Below the pieces are notes generated by a model. It saw nothing but the letters and a program-made list of their open reading frames with translations, was not told the origin of the DNA and did no database searches. DNA of 64,000 nucleotides from Gemmatimonas phototrophica (GTDB taxonomy: Bacteria > Latescibacterota > UBA2968 > UBA8231), in NCBI GenBank assembly GCA_945861755.1, contig CAMAVQ010000009.1:455-64454 (forward strand). Direction: 5' to 3'. Both the position numbers and the translations under genes were made by a program. Positions within the stretch are counted from its first letter, which is position 1. The number at the start of each line of letters is the position of its first letter. This document shows positions 53,785-63,761 of this stretch, one piece after another.

Positions 53785-56276
53785 TGCGTCTCGCTGCCCT
53801 GCTGGTGCTGCTGCTGTCCGGCCTGCTCTGGGCCCAGGACAGCACCGGATACCGCCTGCTCTCGGATCGGGTAGTGATTTCCACCCCCGAGCAGTGGCAG
53901 GTCTGGGAATCCACCCCCGGGGTGCGGGTGATCGAGCCAGACGGGACCGTGAGGCCGCGACTGATCCGCGCCAGCAACAACGCGGTGGCCGACGCTGGTT
54001 TCTTCCGCCGCATCGAGGTCGGGGAGGATACGGTCTTCGGCGGCATCTGGGCGGCCGGTTCCAACGCAGAGAGCGCGGGCAAGATCATCGACGGAGATCC
54101 CGCCACCTATTGGGAGCCGGGCCGTGATGATCCGGTGGAGGACTGGTTCGTGGAGGTGGACCTGGGCCGGGCGGTGCTCGCCCGCCGGCTGGTGGTGCGT
54201 TTTGCCCAGGGCGGGGATCCTTTTTTGAAATTCCGCCTGATGATCTCCGATGGGCGCCAGGCTTTTGGGCAGGAGCACCAGCGGCAGTTCTTCCGCGTCG
54301 CCCAGGTGAACCGGCGCAACAAGGATCAGCGCGAATTTGAGTTCGATATCGAACCCCTGCGGCCCCTGCCCCCGGGCGTGGAGGGCGAGGTGGTGCAGTT
54401 CGTGCGCATCGACGCCCTGGAGAGCGACGGGCCGCGCGGGGGCGAGGTCAATCCCGAGGAGTACGGGCATCTGGATTCGCTGGACCGCGGCGCTATCGAT
54501 TATTTTCGCCGCACCGCCGCCGACCGCCAGATCCCGGTTTCGCCGGAGACCTACCAACTGCTGCCGGCGGCCGAGCGCGGCCCGGTGCGCCACTACCGGT
54601 ACGAACGGCCCCGCCTGGCTGAGATCGAGGTCCACGGCCTGGGCGACAACGTGGTGGCCCTCACCCAGAGCGAGTTGCTGGAGGCCCAGGATTTCTTCGC
54701 CAATATCCAGCGCCGGCTGCTCACCGACGGCCTGTACAGCTCCTCCTTTGAGCTGCGCCCCTACGATCCCTTGCGGGACCGCAATCAGCTGGATATCGAC
54801 CTGGGGGGCAAGTACTGGCTGGATCGCATTCGGCTGCTCAGTTCCTTCGACCCACCGGTGGCCTATCAGGTGCGCCTCTCGGACGGCAGCCTGGACCCCG
54901 AAGGCCGGCGGGTGTGGCAGAATTTCGACGAGCGGGTCAATGCCAGCGGCTTGCTGCAAATGGAGGAGCGTTTCCCGCTGCAGGAGGTCCGTTTCCTCCA
55001 AGTACGCCGGCTGGTGCTGGTCGACGAAAGCGCCGAACACGGCAATCTCAGCGAGGTGCAGGCCTACGGGGAGGGCTACGTCTCCGAGGTGATCCTGGTC
55101 TCGCCGCTGATCCGGCTGGGGCGGCCGCGGATCTTTTCTACGCTGACCTGGGAGGGGGAATCCCTGCCCGGCACCCGCATCGAGGTGCGCACCCGAAGCG
55201 GCGACGACCTGCTGCGCACCGCCCACTATTTCGACAAGTTCGGGCGCGAGATCACCCAGGCCCGCTGGGAAAACATCGTCGATCCGGTGAACCGCGGCCC
55301 GCTGGTGGTGGACGAACAACCAGGCCCGCGCTGGAGCAACTGGAGCGAGAGTTATCCAGGGTCTGGCAGTGTTTTTCGTTCCCCCAACCCTCGGCAGATG
55401 GTGCAGGTGCAGGTCACCCTGCGCAGTAACGAGCCTTTGCGAGCCGCGCAGTTGCGCCGGCTTCAGCTCCACTTCACGGCCCCGCTGGTCGACCAGGTGC
55501 AGGCCGAGATCTGGCCAGTGCGGGACGTGGATCCGGGGGCAGCCCAGGAATTCACCCTGTACCTGCGCCCTCAGTTTGCCGCCGGGGACCCTGGTTTTGA
55601 GCGCCTGCGCCTGCGCACCTCCTCCTCGGCGCCCCTGGAGCTGGTGGCCCTCGACGCCGGCAGCGACGCGCAGCTGCGCCAGGACAGTGCCACCCGGCTG
55701 TGGCCCGGCCCGGTACAGGTAGAGCGAGACTCCACCGGTGCTCTGGACCTGATCTTTCCCCAGGTCCAGCGCCAGGGCAGCCAGGTCTATGCCCTCCGCT
55801 TCCGCACCAGGCTCTTCCTCAACAGCACCACCTTCAGCGCCGAACTGCGCAATAGCCAGCGACCGGGCGTGGTCCAGGTGGCCAGCGAGGGCGACGCCAG
55901 CCAGCTGGCCGGCGCCCAGAGTCTGGTGGTGGTCGCCGACCTGAGCGGCTCGCCCTTGGTGGGCGGGCTGGCGCTGGTGCCCCCGGTCTTCACCCCCAAT
56001 GGCGACGGGATCAACGATCAGGCCGGGATCGAGTTCTCCGTCTTTCATCTCGAAGGGAGCGAGCTGCTGCGGGTGGAGGTGTTCACCCTGGCCGGGGCGC
56101 GGGTGCGAGACCTGTCACAAGTGCGCCAGGCCCCCAGCGGCCAGTACCACTTTGAGTGGGATGGCCGCGACGCGGCTGGGCGGCTGGCGTCTCCGGGGAT
56201 CTACCTGGTGCGCCTGCAGGTGGAGGGTCAGGCCGAGAGCCGGACCCTGGTGCGTTCGGTACGGGTGGTGTACTGA
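53784..56276 (+). CDS. Family A5 secreted protein (long subtype)
   Basis: TGATG coupling; 'IDGDPATYWEP', 'VDLGR', 'IDLGGKYWLD'; tail 'FTPNGDGIND..WDGRD..PGIY..RVVY'. Confidence 0.8.
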   Translation: MRLAALLVLLLSGLLWAQDSTGYRLLSDRVVISTPEQWQVWESTPGVRVIEPDGTVRPRLIRASNNAVADAGFFRRIEVGEDTVFGGIWAAGSNAESAGKIIDGDPATYWEPGRDDPVEDWFVEVDLGRAVLARRLVVRFAQGGDPFLKFRLMISDGRQAFGQEHQRQFFRVAQVNRRNKDQREFEFDIEPLRPLPPGVEGEVVQFVRIDALESDGPRGGEVNPEEYGHLDSLDRGAIDYFRRTAADRQIPVSPETYQLLPAAERGPVRHYRYERPRLAEIEVHGLGDNVVALTQSELLEAQDFFANIQRRLLTDGLYSSSFELRPYDPLRDRNQLDIDLGGKYWLDRIRLLSSFDPPVAYQVRLSDGSLDPEGRRVWQNFDERVNASGLLQMEERFPLQEVRFLQVRRLVLVDESAEHGNLSEVQAYGEGYVSEVILVSPLIRLGRPRIFSTLTWEGESLPGTRIEVRTRSGDDLLRTAHYFDKFGREITQARWENIVDPVNRGPLVVDEQPGPRWSNWSESYPGSGSVFRSPNPRQMVQVQVTLRSNEPLRAAQLRRLQLHFTAPLVDQVQAEIWPVRDVDPGAAQEFTLYLRPQFAAGDPGFERLRLRTSSSAPLELVALDAGSDAQLRQDSATRLWPGPVQVERDSTGALDLIFPQVQRQGSQVYALRFRTRLFLNSTTFSAELRNSQRPGVVQVASEGDASQLAGAQSLVVVADLSGSPLVGGLALVPPVFTPNGDGINDQAGIEFSVFHLEGSELLRVEVFTLAGARVRDLSQVRQAPSGQYHFEWDGRDAAGRLASPGIYLVRLQVEGQAESRTLVRSVRVVY

Positions 56277-58924
56277 TGAGAGCCCGGCTAGTCCTGCTCC
56301 TGCTCTTATTGGCGGTCCAGCCCCTGCGCGCCCAGTACCTGGGCCGGCCCCTGGGGGTGTTGGGCCAGGGAGGGCAGAGCGAAGTGGCACCCAGATTCGG
56401 GATGGAACTGGAGGAACCGGTGATACACCGCTACTACGCGCCGCGCCAGCTGGTCGACAGCTATGTGCAGCCCTGGTATGTGGGCGAGGGTGGATACGCG
56501 CGCAACCTCTATCGGCGCTATGTCGATTTGTCCCTGGAGGGTGAGCAGTGGTACGACTCCTTTGGCACCCCCCTGGGCCGGGGCTGGCTGGTCTACAGTT
56601 GGACCCAGCAGCAGCAGGCGCCCCTGGGCAGCGAGATCGTCAAAGGGCCCTCCGATCCGACCCGGGTGCGGGCGTACGACCGCTTCTTCAACCGGCTGGT
56701 GATCGCCTCCGACGGCAGGGGCCAGAGCAGTATGCGGCTGATGGTGGGCGACGAGATCTACACCAGTTTCACGCCGCTCACGTTTTATAAGCCGCGTTTC
56801 AACGGCATGCGTATGGACTACGCCACCGATCTGTGCCGGGCCAGTCTCATCATGTCGCGGCCCAGCGAGCCGAACCGCGGCGAGTTCACCGACGCTACCC
56901 ATTTGATGGGCGGCCACGCCGAGTTCCAACTCGGTCCCCTGATGAAGATGGGCCTCACCTACGTCAACGCCCACAACGCCCAGACCAAGGCCGACTTCAC
57001 GGCCGGCAACCCGCTGCGCGGCACCCTCACCACCCAGCAGAACCAGGTCCCCAAAACTATCTATATACAGGTGCGGGACGACTCGCCGGCCGACGGGCAA
57101 TCCGGGGCTGCCCTCTTCTCCTACGACATCGTGCTGGAGGATACCAGTGGGCAGCAGGTGCGCGGCAGTCAGCTGGGGTTCCTGCCCCTGGTCGAGGGGG
57201 GGCGTTCCCAGGGCAGCACGCTGGTGGCCGAGGGGGGCGACGCCATCCTGCTGCGCTACGATCTGGATCGGTTGGAGGGCTTGAAGGCCTCCCAGCTGCG
57301 GCGGGCTATCGTCGAGCTGTCGCTGGCCGATGACTACCGGGTGGAGATGGCTTCAAATCTGCAGACCGATGGCCAGGACCGTCCGCCCTCCCCGGTCTTC
57401 CTGCCCTTCCGCCGCGCCGCCGGCAACGTACACGACCGCAGCAACGGGACGGTGCTGCGGCTCGACTACGTCCTGCCCACGGCGGAGGAATTGGTCGGGG
57501 TCAACTGGGATCTGACCGAATGGGGCGGCCTGTCGCTACAGGGCGAACTGGCGCTCAGCCGGCGCTACGGCCAGTATCCCAGCCCTGATATCCCCGATCC
57601 GTACCAGACGGTATCCCAGGCCAGCGCCGCCTATGCCCTGGCCGCGTACCGCCGTCTGCCCTGGTCCTTGTTCACCGAACTCTTCTCCATCGACGACGGC
57701 TATTCGACCAACTACTGGCTGACCCAGGGCAACGGCCAGATCAAGTACCGAGACCTGGTGCCCCAGCTCTACGAATTTGTCGAAGACGACGACGACCACA
57801 ATGCCTTGCCCGACTGGGAGCGGCCCTTCCAAGGCTGGAGCCCGGTGGTCTGGCCTGGGTACGACGAGAACGTCGATTTTCGCCACGACAACAACGAGAA
57901 CAACAACCTCATCCCCGACTACGAGGAACCCTTCCTGCGCTTCCGCGCCGATCGGCCCGAGTTCCTCTTTGGGCTCGACATGAACCACAACGGCACCATC
58001 GACCGCTTCGAGAACGACGAGGCCCCCGACTACCCTTACCGGCGCGACCAGCGGGGCTACAATACCTATCTGCAGGTGCAGGCAGGGCCCGACATGAAGT
58101 GGAGCGTTGGCCACCAGCGCGCCCGCCTGCTCTCGGGAGCGGGCCACAGCCGCGCCTACTACCTGCTGGCGAGCTGGATCCGGTTGCTGGGACAGGGTGG
58201 GCGGCTGCGTTGCTTCGCCCACGGGGCCCTGGTGCGCGACGACATCGCCGACGACCTGGTCGAGTGGGTGCAAACCCGCGGCAGTCTGGGGCGGATGCGG
58301 GCCCTGCCCGACCTCTTGCCCCAGCGCGACGCCTGGACCCACACCCTCTACGCCGACCTGGAACACCGGCTGGGGCAAGGGGTGCGTCTGATGCACCGGG
58401 TCAAATGGGAGTTGCTCTACCAGCGCGATCCGATTGCCCGGGTGCAGGCCCGCGAGGGGCGCAAGGAGGCCGGATTTCTGGGCCTGATCGACAAGGCCGA
58501 ATGGGGCATTCCCATCGGTATGGGGGTGCTGGAGCCGCGCTGGAAGAGCGAATTCCGCCGGGTAAGGCCCTATGGCAGCCGTCTGCTGGCCTTCACCGAG
58601 TTGGAGGAGACCGGCTCCCTGCTGTGGACCCAGCCGCTGCTGGCCGAGCGGGTGGGGATCAACTATTTCCCCGGGTACGGGCGCCAGATGTTCAACACCA
58701 CGCTGGAAACCGGGTTGGAGTTCGGTTGGCGCTGGGCCCTGGCCGGGGCCGGGGCGTCGGACAGCCGCAACTGGAGCGCGGTGATCCAGCTCAGCGACCG
58801 GGTGGCGTATCAGGGCTATAATCTGATCGCCCGGGCCGGGCTGCGCATGGGGGAAGAACGCGTTCAGGGCCAGCGGACCCAGCACACCAGCCTGTTCCTC
58901 GTGAGCATCAACGCGGGGTTGTGA
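56276..58924 (+). CDS. Family B2 predicted outer-membrane beta-barrel
   Basis: TGATG coupling, signal peptide; 'FVEDDDD..PGYDEN..PDYEEPFLRF..DMNHNG..DRFEND'; 'EPRWKSE'; ends 'LVSINAGL'. Confidence 0.72.
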   Translation: MRARLVLLLLLLAVQPLRAQYLGRPLGVLGQGGQSEVAPRFGMELEEPVIHRYYAPRQLVDSYVQPWYVGEGGYARNLYRRYVDLSLEGEQWYDSFGTPLGRGWLVYSWTQQQQAPLGSEIVKGPSDPTRVRAYDRFFNRLVIASDGRGQSSMRLMVGDEIYTSFTPLTFYKPRFNGMRMDYATDLCRASLIMSRPSEPNRGEFTDATHLMGGHAEFQLGPLMKMGLTYVNAHNAQTKADFTAGNPLRGTLTTQQNQVPKTIYIQVRDDSPADGQSGAALFSYDIVLEDTSGQQVRGSQLGFLPLVEGGRSQGSTLVAEGGDAILLRYDLDRLEGLKASQLRRAIVELSLADDYRVEMASNLQTDGQDRPPSPVFLPFRRAAGNVHDRSNGTVLRLDYVLPTAEELVGVNWDLTEWGGLSLQGELALSRRYGQYPSPDIPDPYQTVSQASAAYALAAYRRLPWSLFTELFSIDDGYSTNYWLTQGNGQIKYRDLVPQLYEFVEDDDDHNALPDWERPFQGWSPVVWPGYDENVDFRHDNNENNNLIPDYEEPFLRFRADRPEFLFGLDMNHNGTIDRFENDEAPDYPYRRDQRGYNTYLQVQAGPDMKWSVGHQRARLLSGAGHSRAYYLLASWIRLLGQGGRLRCFAHGALVRDDIADDLVEWVQTRGSLGRMRALPDLLPQRDAWTHTLYADLEHRLGQGVRLMHRVKWELLYQRDPIARVQAREGRKEAGFLGLIDKAEWGIPIGMGVLEPRWKSEFRRVRPYGSRLLAFTELEETGSLLWTQPLLAERVGINYFPGYGRQMFNTTLETGLEFGWRWALAGAGASDSRNWSAVIQLSDRVAYQGYNLIARAGLRMGEERVQGQRTQHTSLFLVSINAGL

Positions 58925-60822
58925 TGAAGACCTGCTGGATCATTGCTGCCGCATTGTGGTGGGCCACCGGGACCGGGGCCCAGCTGCGCACCTTTGTCCT
59001 GGGGCAGGGTGGCCATCCCTGGGCGCAGGGCGGGGGCGGTACCGATCCCGAACTGCTGGTGAAGGGCGGGAAGGTGGATACCACCAACACCCCGGACGAG
59101 GCCATCGACTTTGTCCACCGGGCAGGCTGGATTAGTCCCCTGCGCTTCGACGAGGACCAGAACATCGCCGGCCGGGTGTTGGTGGGGTCGGGGAGCATCA
59201 CCTCGCCCAATTCCCTGCTGGAATCCCGCGCGGTGTTGAACAAACAGTTAGAGGGCACGGTGAATGGCGATCACCGGGTGGCCTTTGAACGAAAACCCAC
59301 CCCGTTCAACCCCGAGGCCAACGCCCGGGGCATCCTGGTCATCCTCGATTTTGGCGGCACAGTTGGCATCCACCGGGTGCGCTTCTATCCGCGCAACACC
59401 GTGGTGCCCGATCTGAACGTGCCCTTCCAGGACGACTTCCTGCGCGGCTATGAGCTGTTGATCAACGAACGGCTCACCAACACCGCCCAGAACGCCCCAG
59501 ATCTTTTGATCGCCCGCGACACGGAGAACGACCATCCGGTGGTCGATCTGGAGCTGGCGCCCCAGTTCGTGCGGCTGATCAAGTTGCGCTCCCTGGCCGA
59601 AACCCCCTTTGAGCTGGATGAAGTCGAGGTCTACGGCACCGGCTACCTGGGTAAGGCTAGCTACCTCTCCGACCTGATCGACCTGGGAGACCGGGCCACG
59701 GTGGGGCCGGTGCGCTGGCGGGAGGAGGCGGTGGGCGAACCGGCCCGCTCCCAGATGGGGGTGCGGGTGCGCACCGGCAACGACGACACCCCCATCGTCT
59801 ACCGGCGGCAGGGCGTGGGCGAAACCGGGGAGTCCTTTGTCATTGAACTGCCCGGGAGCGATTACTACCAGTTGGAACGGGCGGCGCGCGCCCCCCTGAT
59901 CGAGGACGCCCAGAACTGGAGCCCCTGGAAGACGGCCCAGAACGAGGCCCTGGTGACTGCGCCCGGACCGCGGCGTTTCATCCAGTTCAGCCTCGATTTT
60001 GCCGGGAGCCTGTTCGATACCCGCCAGGCGGGGCAGCTGCAGTTCGACTATTTGCAACCACCCATCGCCGACACCCTGCGGGCCGAGGTCTTCCCGCGCC
60101 TGGCCCGCGCCGAGGAGCCCGCTACTTTCCGCTACGCGGTCCGGCTCAGGACCGCCGGCCCGGTGCGCGGCTTCGACCGGCTAGAGGTGGACACCAACGT
60201 CCCGGTGACCGCGGTGCGCCAGCTGCGTATCCAGGGCCGGCCGGTGGATTTCATCGCCGACCTCGACCATCCCGATTTTCTCCGCCTAGACTTCCCGTTG
60301 GTGCAGGAGGACGGGGCAGTGCTAGAATTCACCTTCGATCTGCCCATCTTCCGCTTCGGCACCACCTTCTCCGGGCGGGCCTACCACCACAGTTTCCCCA
60401 CCGTGCCCCAGCGCCTTGAGTCCGGCGAGGCAGTGGATTTTGGGCCGGGCGACGTGGCAGAGCTGTCCGGGTTGTCGGTGGCCATTCCCGAGTCACAGGT
60501 GGGCAAGCTGGTGGGCGAGATCGCCTTGAGCAGCCGGATGCTCACCCCCAATGGCGACGGGGTCAATGACGCGGTGACCATGAACTTCAACCTGCTGCAG
60601 CTGACCCAGCCCACGCTGGTGGCCTGGGAGATCTACGACCTGTCCGGCCGGCGGGTGCACACGGTCTTCGCCGAGGAGCGGCGTATAGGACCGGCCACCT
60701 ACCAGTGGGATGGTCGGGCGGCGGGTGGCCTGCTGCCGCCGGGCAACTATCTCTGGGTGCTGCGGGTGGAGGCGGATGCCTTCGAGGAAAGACACACCGG
60801 GGTCGTCGCCCTGGCGTATTGA
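58924..60822 (+). CDS. Family A6 secreted protein (short subtype)
   Basis: TGATG coupling; 'LDFGGTVGIHRVRFYP', 'LDEVEVYGTG', 'RAEVFP'; tail 'LTPNGDGVND..IYDLSG..WDGR..PGNY..ALAY'. Confidence 0.8.
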   Translation: MKTCWIIAAALWWATGTGAQLRTFVLGQGGHPWAQGGGGTDPELLVKGGKVDTTNTPDEAIDFVHRAGWISPLRFDEDQNIAGRVLVGSGSITSPNSLLESRAVLNKQLEGTVNGDHRVAFERKPTPFNPEANARGILVILDFGGTVGIHRVRFYPRNTVVPDLNVPFQDDFLRGYELLINERLTNTAQNAPDLLIARDTENDHPVVDLELAPQFVRLIKLRSLAETPFELDEVEVYGTGYLGKASYLSDLIDLGDRATVGPVRWREEAVGEPARSQMGVRVRTGNDDTPIVYRRQGVGETGESFVIELPGSDYYQLERAARAPLIEDAQNWSPWKTAQNEALVTAPGPRRFIQFSLDFAGSLFDTRQAGQLQFDYLQPPIADTLRAEVFPRLARAEEPATFRYAVRLRTAGPVRGFDRLEVDTNVPVTAVRQLRIQGRPVDFIADLDHPDFLRLDFPLVQEDGAVLEFTFDLPIFRFGTTFSGRAYHHSFPTVPQRLESGEAVDFGPGDVAELSGLSVAIPESQVGKLVGEIALSSRMLTPNGDGVNDAVTMNFNLLQLTQPTLVAWEIYDLSGRRVHTVFAEERRIGPATYQWDGRAAGGLLPPGNYLWVLRVEADAFEERHTGVVALAY

Positions 60823-60834
60823 GATGAGGATGGT

Positions 60835-63474
60835 ATGTTGAATATTTGGCGTAGGGGCGTATCGCGATGCGCCCCTATGGTGGTGCTGGCGGTAATATTA
60901 TCCGCCTCCCTTCTGCACGCCCAGGACTACGGGGCGCGCCTGGGGCAAGTCAAAAGGGGCGGGCGGCTCAGCTTCGAGCCCACCGGTCCGGGGGTGCTGA
61001 TGGACGCCCTCGACCCGGTGGTGCGCAAGTGGTATGTGCCCCAGGAACTCTACAGCGAGTACCGCTGGAAGCAGCAGGAGTACAACAACTACGCCCGCAC
61101 CCTGTACCAGCGCTATGTCAACACCGCCCTAGAAGGGGAGTATTTCTACGACATCTACGGCAACTACCTGATGCGCGGCTGGTTGATCTACGATTGGCGC
61201 CAGGAAAATCCCCAGCCCTTCGGCAGCGCGGTAGAGAAGTCGGGCCGCTTTAGTTCCTGGTTTTCGAATCTGGTCATTGCCTCGGATCACAAAGGCCAAT
61301 ACCACTACGCCATCACGGTGAGCAATCAGCTGCGCACCACCCTGACACCCATGACCTTCTCCAAGCCCCTCTTCGACGGGCTCCAGTGGGATTTCGCCTC
61401 CGACAAGTACACCGCCACCTTGCTGCTGTCGCGCATCAGCGACGCCGGGGTCTCTGGTGCCAATCCCCAGCAGCGCACCGACAACACCAACCTGATCGGC
61501 GGCCGGCTGGTGGCCCAGGTGGGCGATTTTGTGCGGGTGGGCACCACCTTTGTCAGCGCCCATCAGGCGCACACCCAGGTCGAGGCTTTCAGCGGCGACA
61601 TGTTCAAGGGCAACCTGACCGCCCAGCAGAACGCCGAGGGCATGGCCCGCCTGCAGATCGCCATCCGCGACGATTCTCCCGAGGACACCGCCGGCGGCGG
61701 GGCTCTTTTCGCCAGCGACCTGGTGCTCTACGACCTGACCGGACAACAATTCCGGGCCAGCGAGCTGGGGTTTCGTCCGTTGGTCGAGGGCGGTTTCGAG
61801 CGCCAGGGCTTTCTGGCCGCTGACGGCAACGAGCGTATCGTGGTGACCTACGATTTTGGCGACCGCAGCTACACCGGTCCCGATCTGAGCGAGTTGGAGC
61901 GGGTGGAGGTCGAGTTGGTGGTGGCAGATGACTACCGCATCGAAGTCGCCTCCGACCTCCAGCCCGTGTACCAGGTAGTGGCGCGGGCCCCTGGCAACGT
62001 GCAGGACAACTCGAACCAACAGGTGCTTCGTTTCGACTACGGCCTGCGCACGGCTGACCAGATCACCGGTTTCACCTTGGAGTTGGACGACCTGGCCGGC
62101 TTCAAGGGCTATATGGAGATCGACATCAACCACCAATTCCGCCAGTATCCCAATCCCAACCTCGACCAGCACCATGTGGCCTCCACCCGGGCCAATGCTT
62201 GGTTGCTCAACCTGTCCCAGACCCATTATCCCTATTTCGCCTTCGGCGAGGGCTTTGATATCAGCCCAGACTACAGTACCTCGATGACGGTGGTCGACAG
62301 CGACGGTGAACTCGACGAGAGCAACGATTTTCAGCGTTTCGAGATGGTCGACGACAACGACGACCAGGACCGTCGCCCCGACTGGCGGCGCAAGGGCTGG
62401 GAGGCCGGCGACCAAGAGGTCTTTCCCGGTTGGGACGAGAACAACGACTTTATCTCCGACTTCAACCAGAACGACAACATCGACAGTCCCAACCTGATCC
62501 CCGACTACGAGGAGCCCTTCCTGCGTTTCCAGGTGGACCGGCCAGATTTTCTCTACGGGGTGGATATGAACCACAACGGCTGGGTGGATCGTTTCGAGAA
62601 CGATGAGGAGCCCGACTACCCTTACCGACGCAACCAGCGGGGGTACAACATCTACGGCGGGGCTTTTCTCGGCCAGGAGGTCCGCTTTGCGGTGGGGCAG
62701 CAGCGCCTGCGCCAGATCTCCACCGGTCGGCGCAACCTGGCCACCTACTTGCTCTTCACCGCCGACCAACGCCGCTCCTGGGGGCGCCTGCAACTTTTCC
62801 AGGATCTGCGCAAGGTGCACGACACCATCCAGGACGACCTGCTGCAGTGGGTGCAGCCTGCCAATACCCGGGGGGGCTTGCGCCTGGTGACCGACCCCAT
62901 GCCGGCGCCCCACACCTGGGTCAACACCACCTGGCTGGGCGGGGAGTACACCAGGATCCCGGGACTGAGCTTGAGCACCAAGTTCAAGTGGCAGATTTAC
63001 CACCAGTTAGGCGATGGGCTGGCCCTCGAACTGGCTGGCAGACGCCGGGATGCGGTTTTTCTGGGGCTGATCGACAAGGTGGAATACCGCTTCAACCTGG
63101 GCCAGTTGACGCTAGTGCCCCGCTGGAAGAGCGAATTGCTCCACCAGAGCCAGGTCAGCCGTACTGAGCCCCACAAGCGGCAGTGGGATCAATTATATGT
63201 GATAATGGCGCGTTTTCCGGTGTTCCGCAGCAGTTTTATTGAGGGCGGGGTGGAATACGAGTCTTTCGCCCAGTTGCGCACCCCTCCCCCGCCGGGGGCC
63301 GAAGCCAGCTTCAAGGGCTTGGTGGGCACCTGGCAGCTGACCAATTTGTCCGAATATCAGGGATACCGCCTGACCACCACCATCGGTTTCGAACTGGCCC
63401 GCCGGCATTTCGAGTTCCACCAGGTGCAGACCCGGACCCGGGGTTTTGTCACTGTTTATGCAGGGGTGCAATAA
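60835..63474 (+). CDS. Family B3 predicted outer-membrane beta-barrel
   Basis: Closest to B1 ('DALDPVVRKWYVPQEL', 'RTTLTPMTFS'); same Asp/Asn loop; ends 'FVTVYAGVQ'. Confidence 0.72.
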   Translation: MLNIWRRGVSRCAPMVVLAVILSASLLHAQDYGARLGQVKRGGRLSFEPTGPGVLMDALDPVVRKWYVPQELYSEYRWKQQEYNNYARTLYQRYVNTALEGEYFYDIYGNYLMRGWLIYDWRQENPQPFGSAVEKSGRFSSWFSNLVIASDHKGQYHYAITVSNQLRTTLTPMTFSKPLFDGLQWDFASDKYTATLLLSRISDAGVSGANPQQRTDNTNLIGGRLVAQVGDFVRVGTTFVSAHQAHTQVEAFSGDMFKGNLTAQQNAEGMARLQIAIRDDSPEDTAGGGALFASDLVLYDLTGQQFRASELGFRPLVEGGFERQGFLAADGNERIVVTYDFGDRSYTGPDLSELERVEVELVVADDYRIEVASDLQPVYQVVARAPGNVQDNSNQQVLRFDYGLRTADQITGFTLELDDLAGFKGYMEIDINHQFRQYPNPNLDQHHVASTRANAWLLNLSQTHYPYFAFGEGFDISPDYSTSMTVVDSDGELDESNDFQRFEMVDDNDDQDRRPDWRRKGWEAGDQEVFPGWDENNDFISDFNQNDNIDSPNLIPDYEEPFLRFQVDRPDFLYGVDMNHNGWVDRFENDEEPDYPYRRNQRGYNIYGGAFLGQEVRFAVGQQRLRQISTGRRNLATYLLFTADQRRSWGRLQLFQDLRKVHDTIQDDLLQWVQPANTRGGLRLVTDPMPAPHTWVNTTWLGGEYTRIPGLSLSTKFKWQIYHQLGDGLALELAGRRRDAVFLGLIDKVEYRFNLGQLTLVPRWKSELLHQSQVSRTEPHKRQWDQLYVIMARFPVFRSSFIEGGVEYESFAQLRTPPPPGAEASFKGLVGTWQLTNLSEYQGYRLTTTIGFELARRHFEFHQVQTRTRGFVTVYAGVQ

Positions 63475-63523
63475 AGGGTGTCCAGGGGGGGAAAAGGGGG
63501 ATGGAACAGAGTCAAATTTGTTA

Positions 63524-63598
63524 TTGACAGCACAGGGCTTTTGGCGTAATATTGCTTGCGCAAAATAGATTGACACCGTCCTGTATATTGCTTAACAT
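63524..63598 (+). promoter_or_regulatory. Two tandem sigma70-type promoters
   Basis: TTGACA-17-TAATAT (63524-63552) and TTGACA-17-TAACAT (63570-63598). Confidence 0.65.
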
Positions 63599-63761
63599 AC
63601 ACGCGAAATAGCTTTCTATCAGGACGGCCGCACCCGCGGATTCTGGCTATCGCCTTCCTGAATTCACAGTTTTTGCATCTGTGTTATATTTCTTAGATAG
63701 TGTCTGGCGCTTCGACTGACGCTAGGTTATAGCTCTTTTTTCATTTCAAGAGGGGGCGATA

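Noticed and set aside
20063-60822. Flagellar interpretation of FlgD-like and FlgT-like domains
   Set aside because: These are generic domain similarities on Sec or lipoprotein-exported proteins; no flagellar genes occur in the window
34545-62655. Similar DNA segments among family B genes as DGR template/variable repeats or recent gene conversion
   Set aside because: In the segments compared, differences fall mainly at synonymous positions and are not adenine-specific; no reverse transcriptase in the window; consistent with protein-level conservation
5855-63003. Long antisense or alternate-frame ORFs (e.g. 5855-7255, 28109-29542, 40713-42413, 42245-44086, 53724-56048, 57536-58885, 61129-63003)
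   Set aside because: They shadow well-supported genes on the opposite strand, have no recognisable motifs, and are expected from high-GC codon bias
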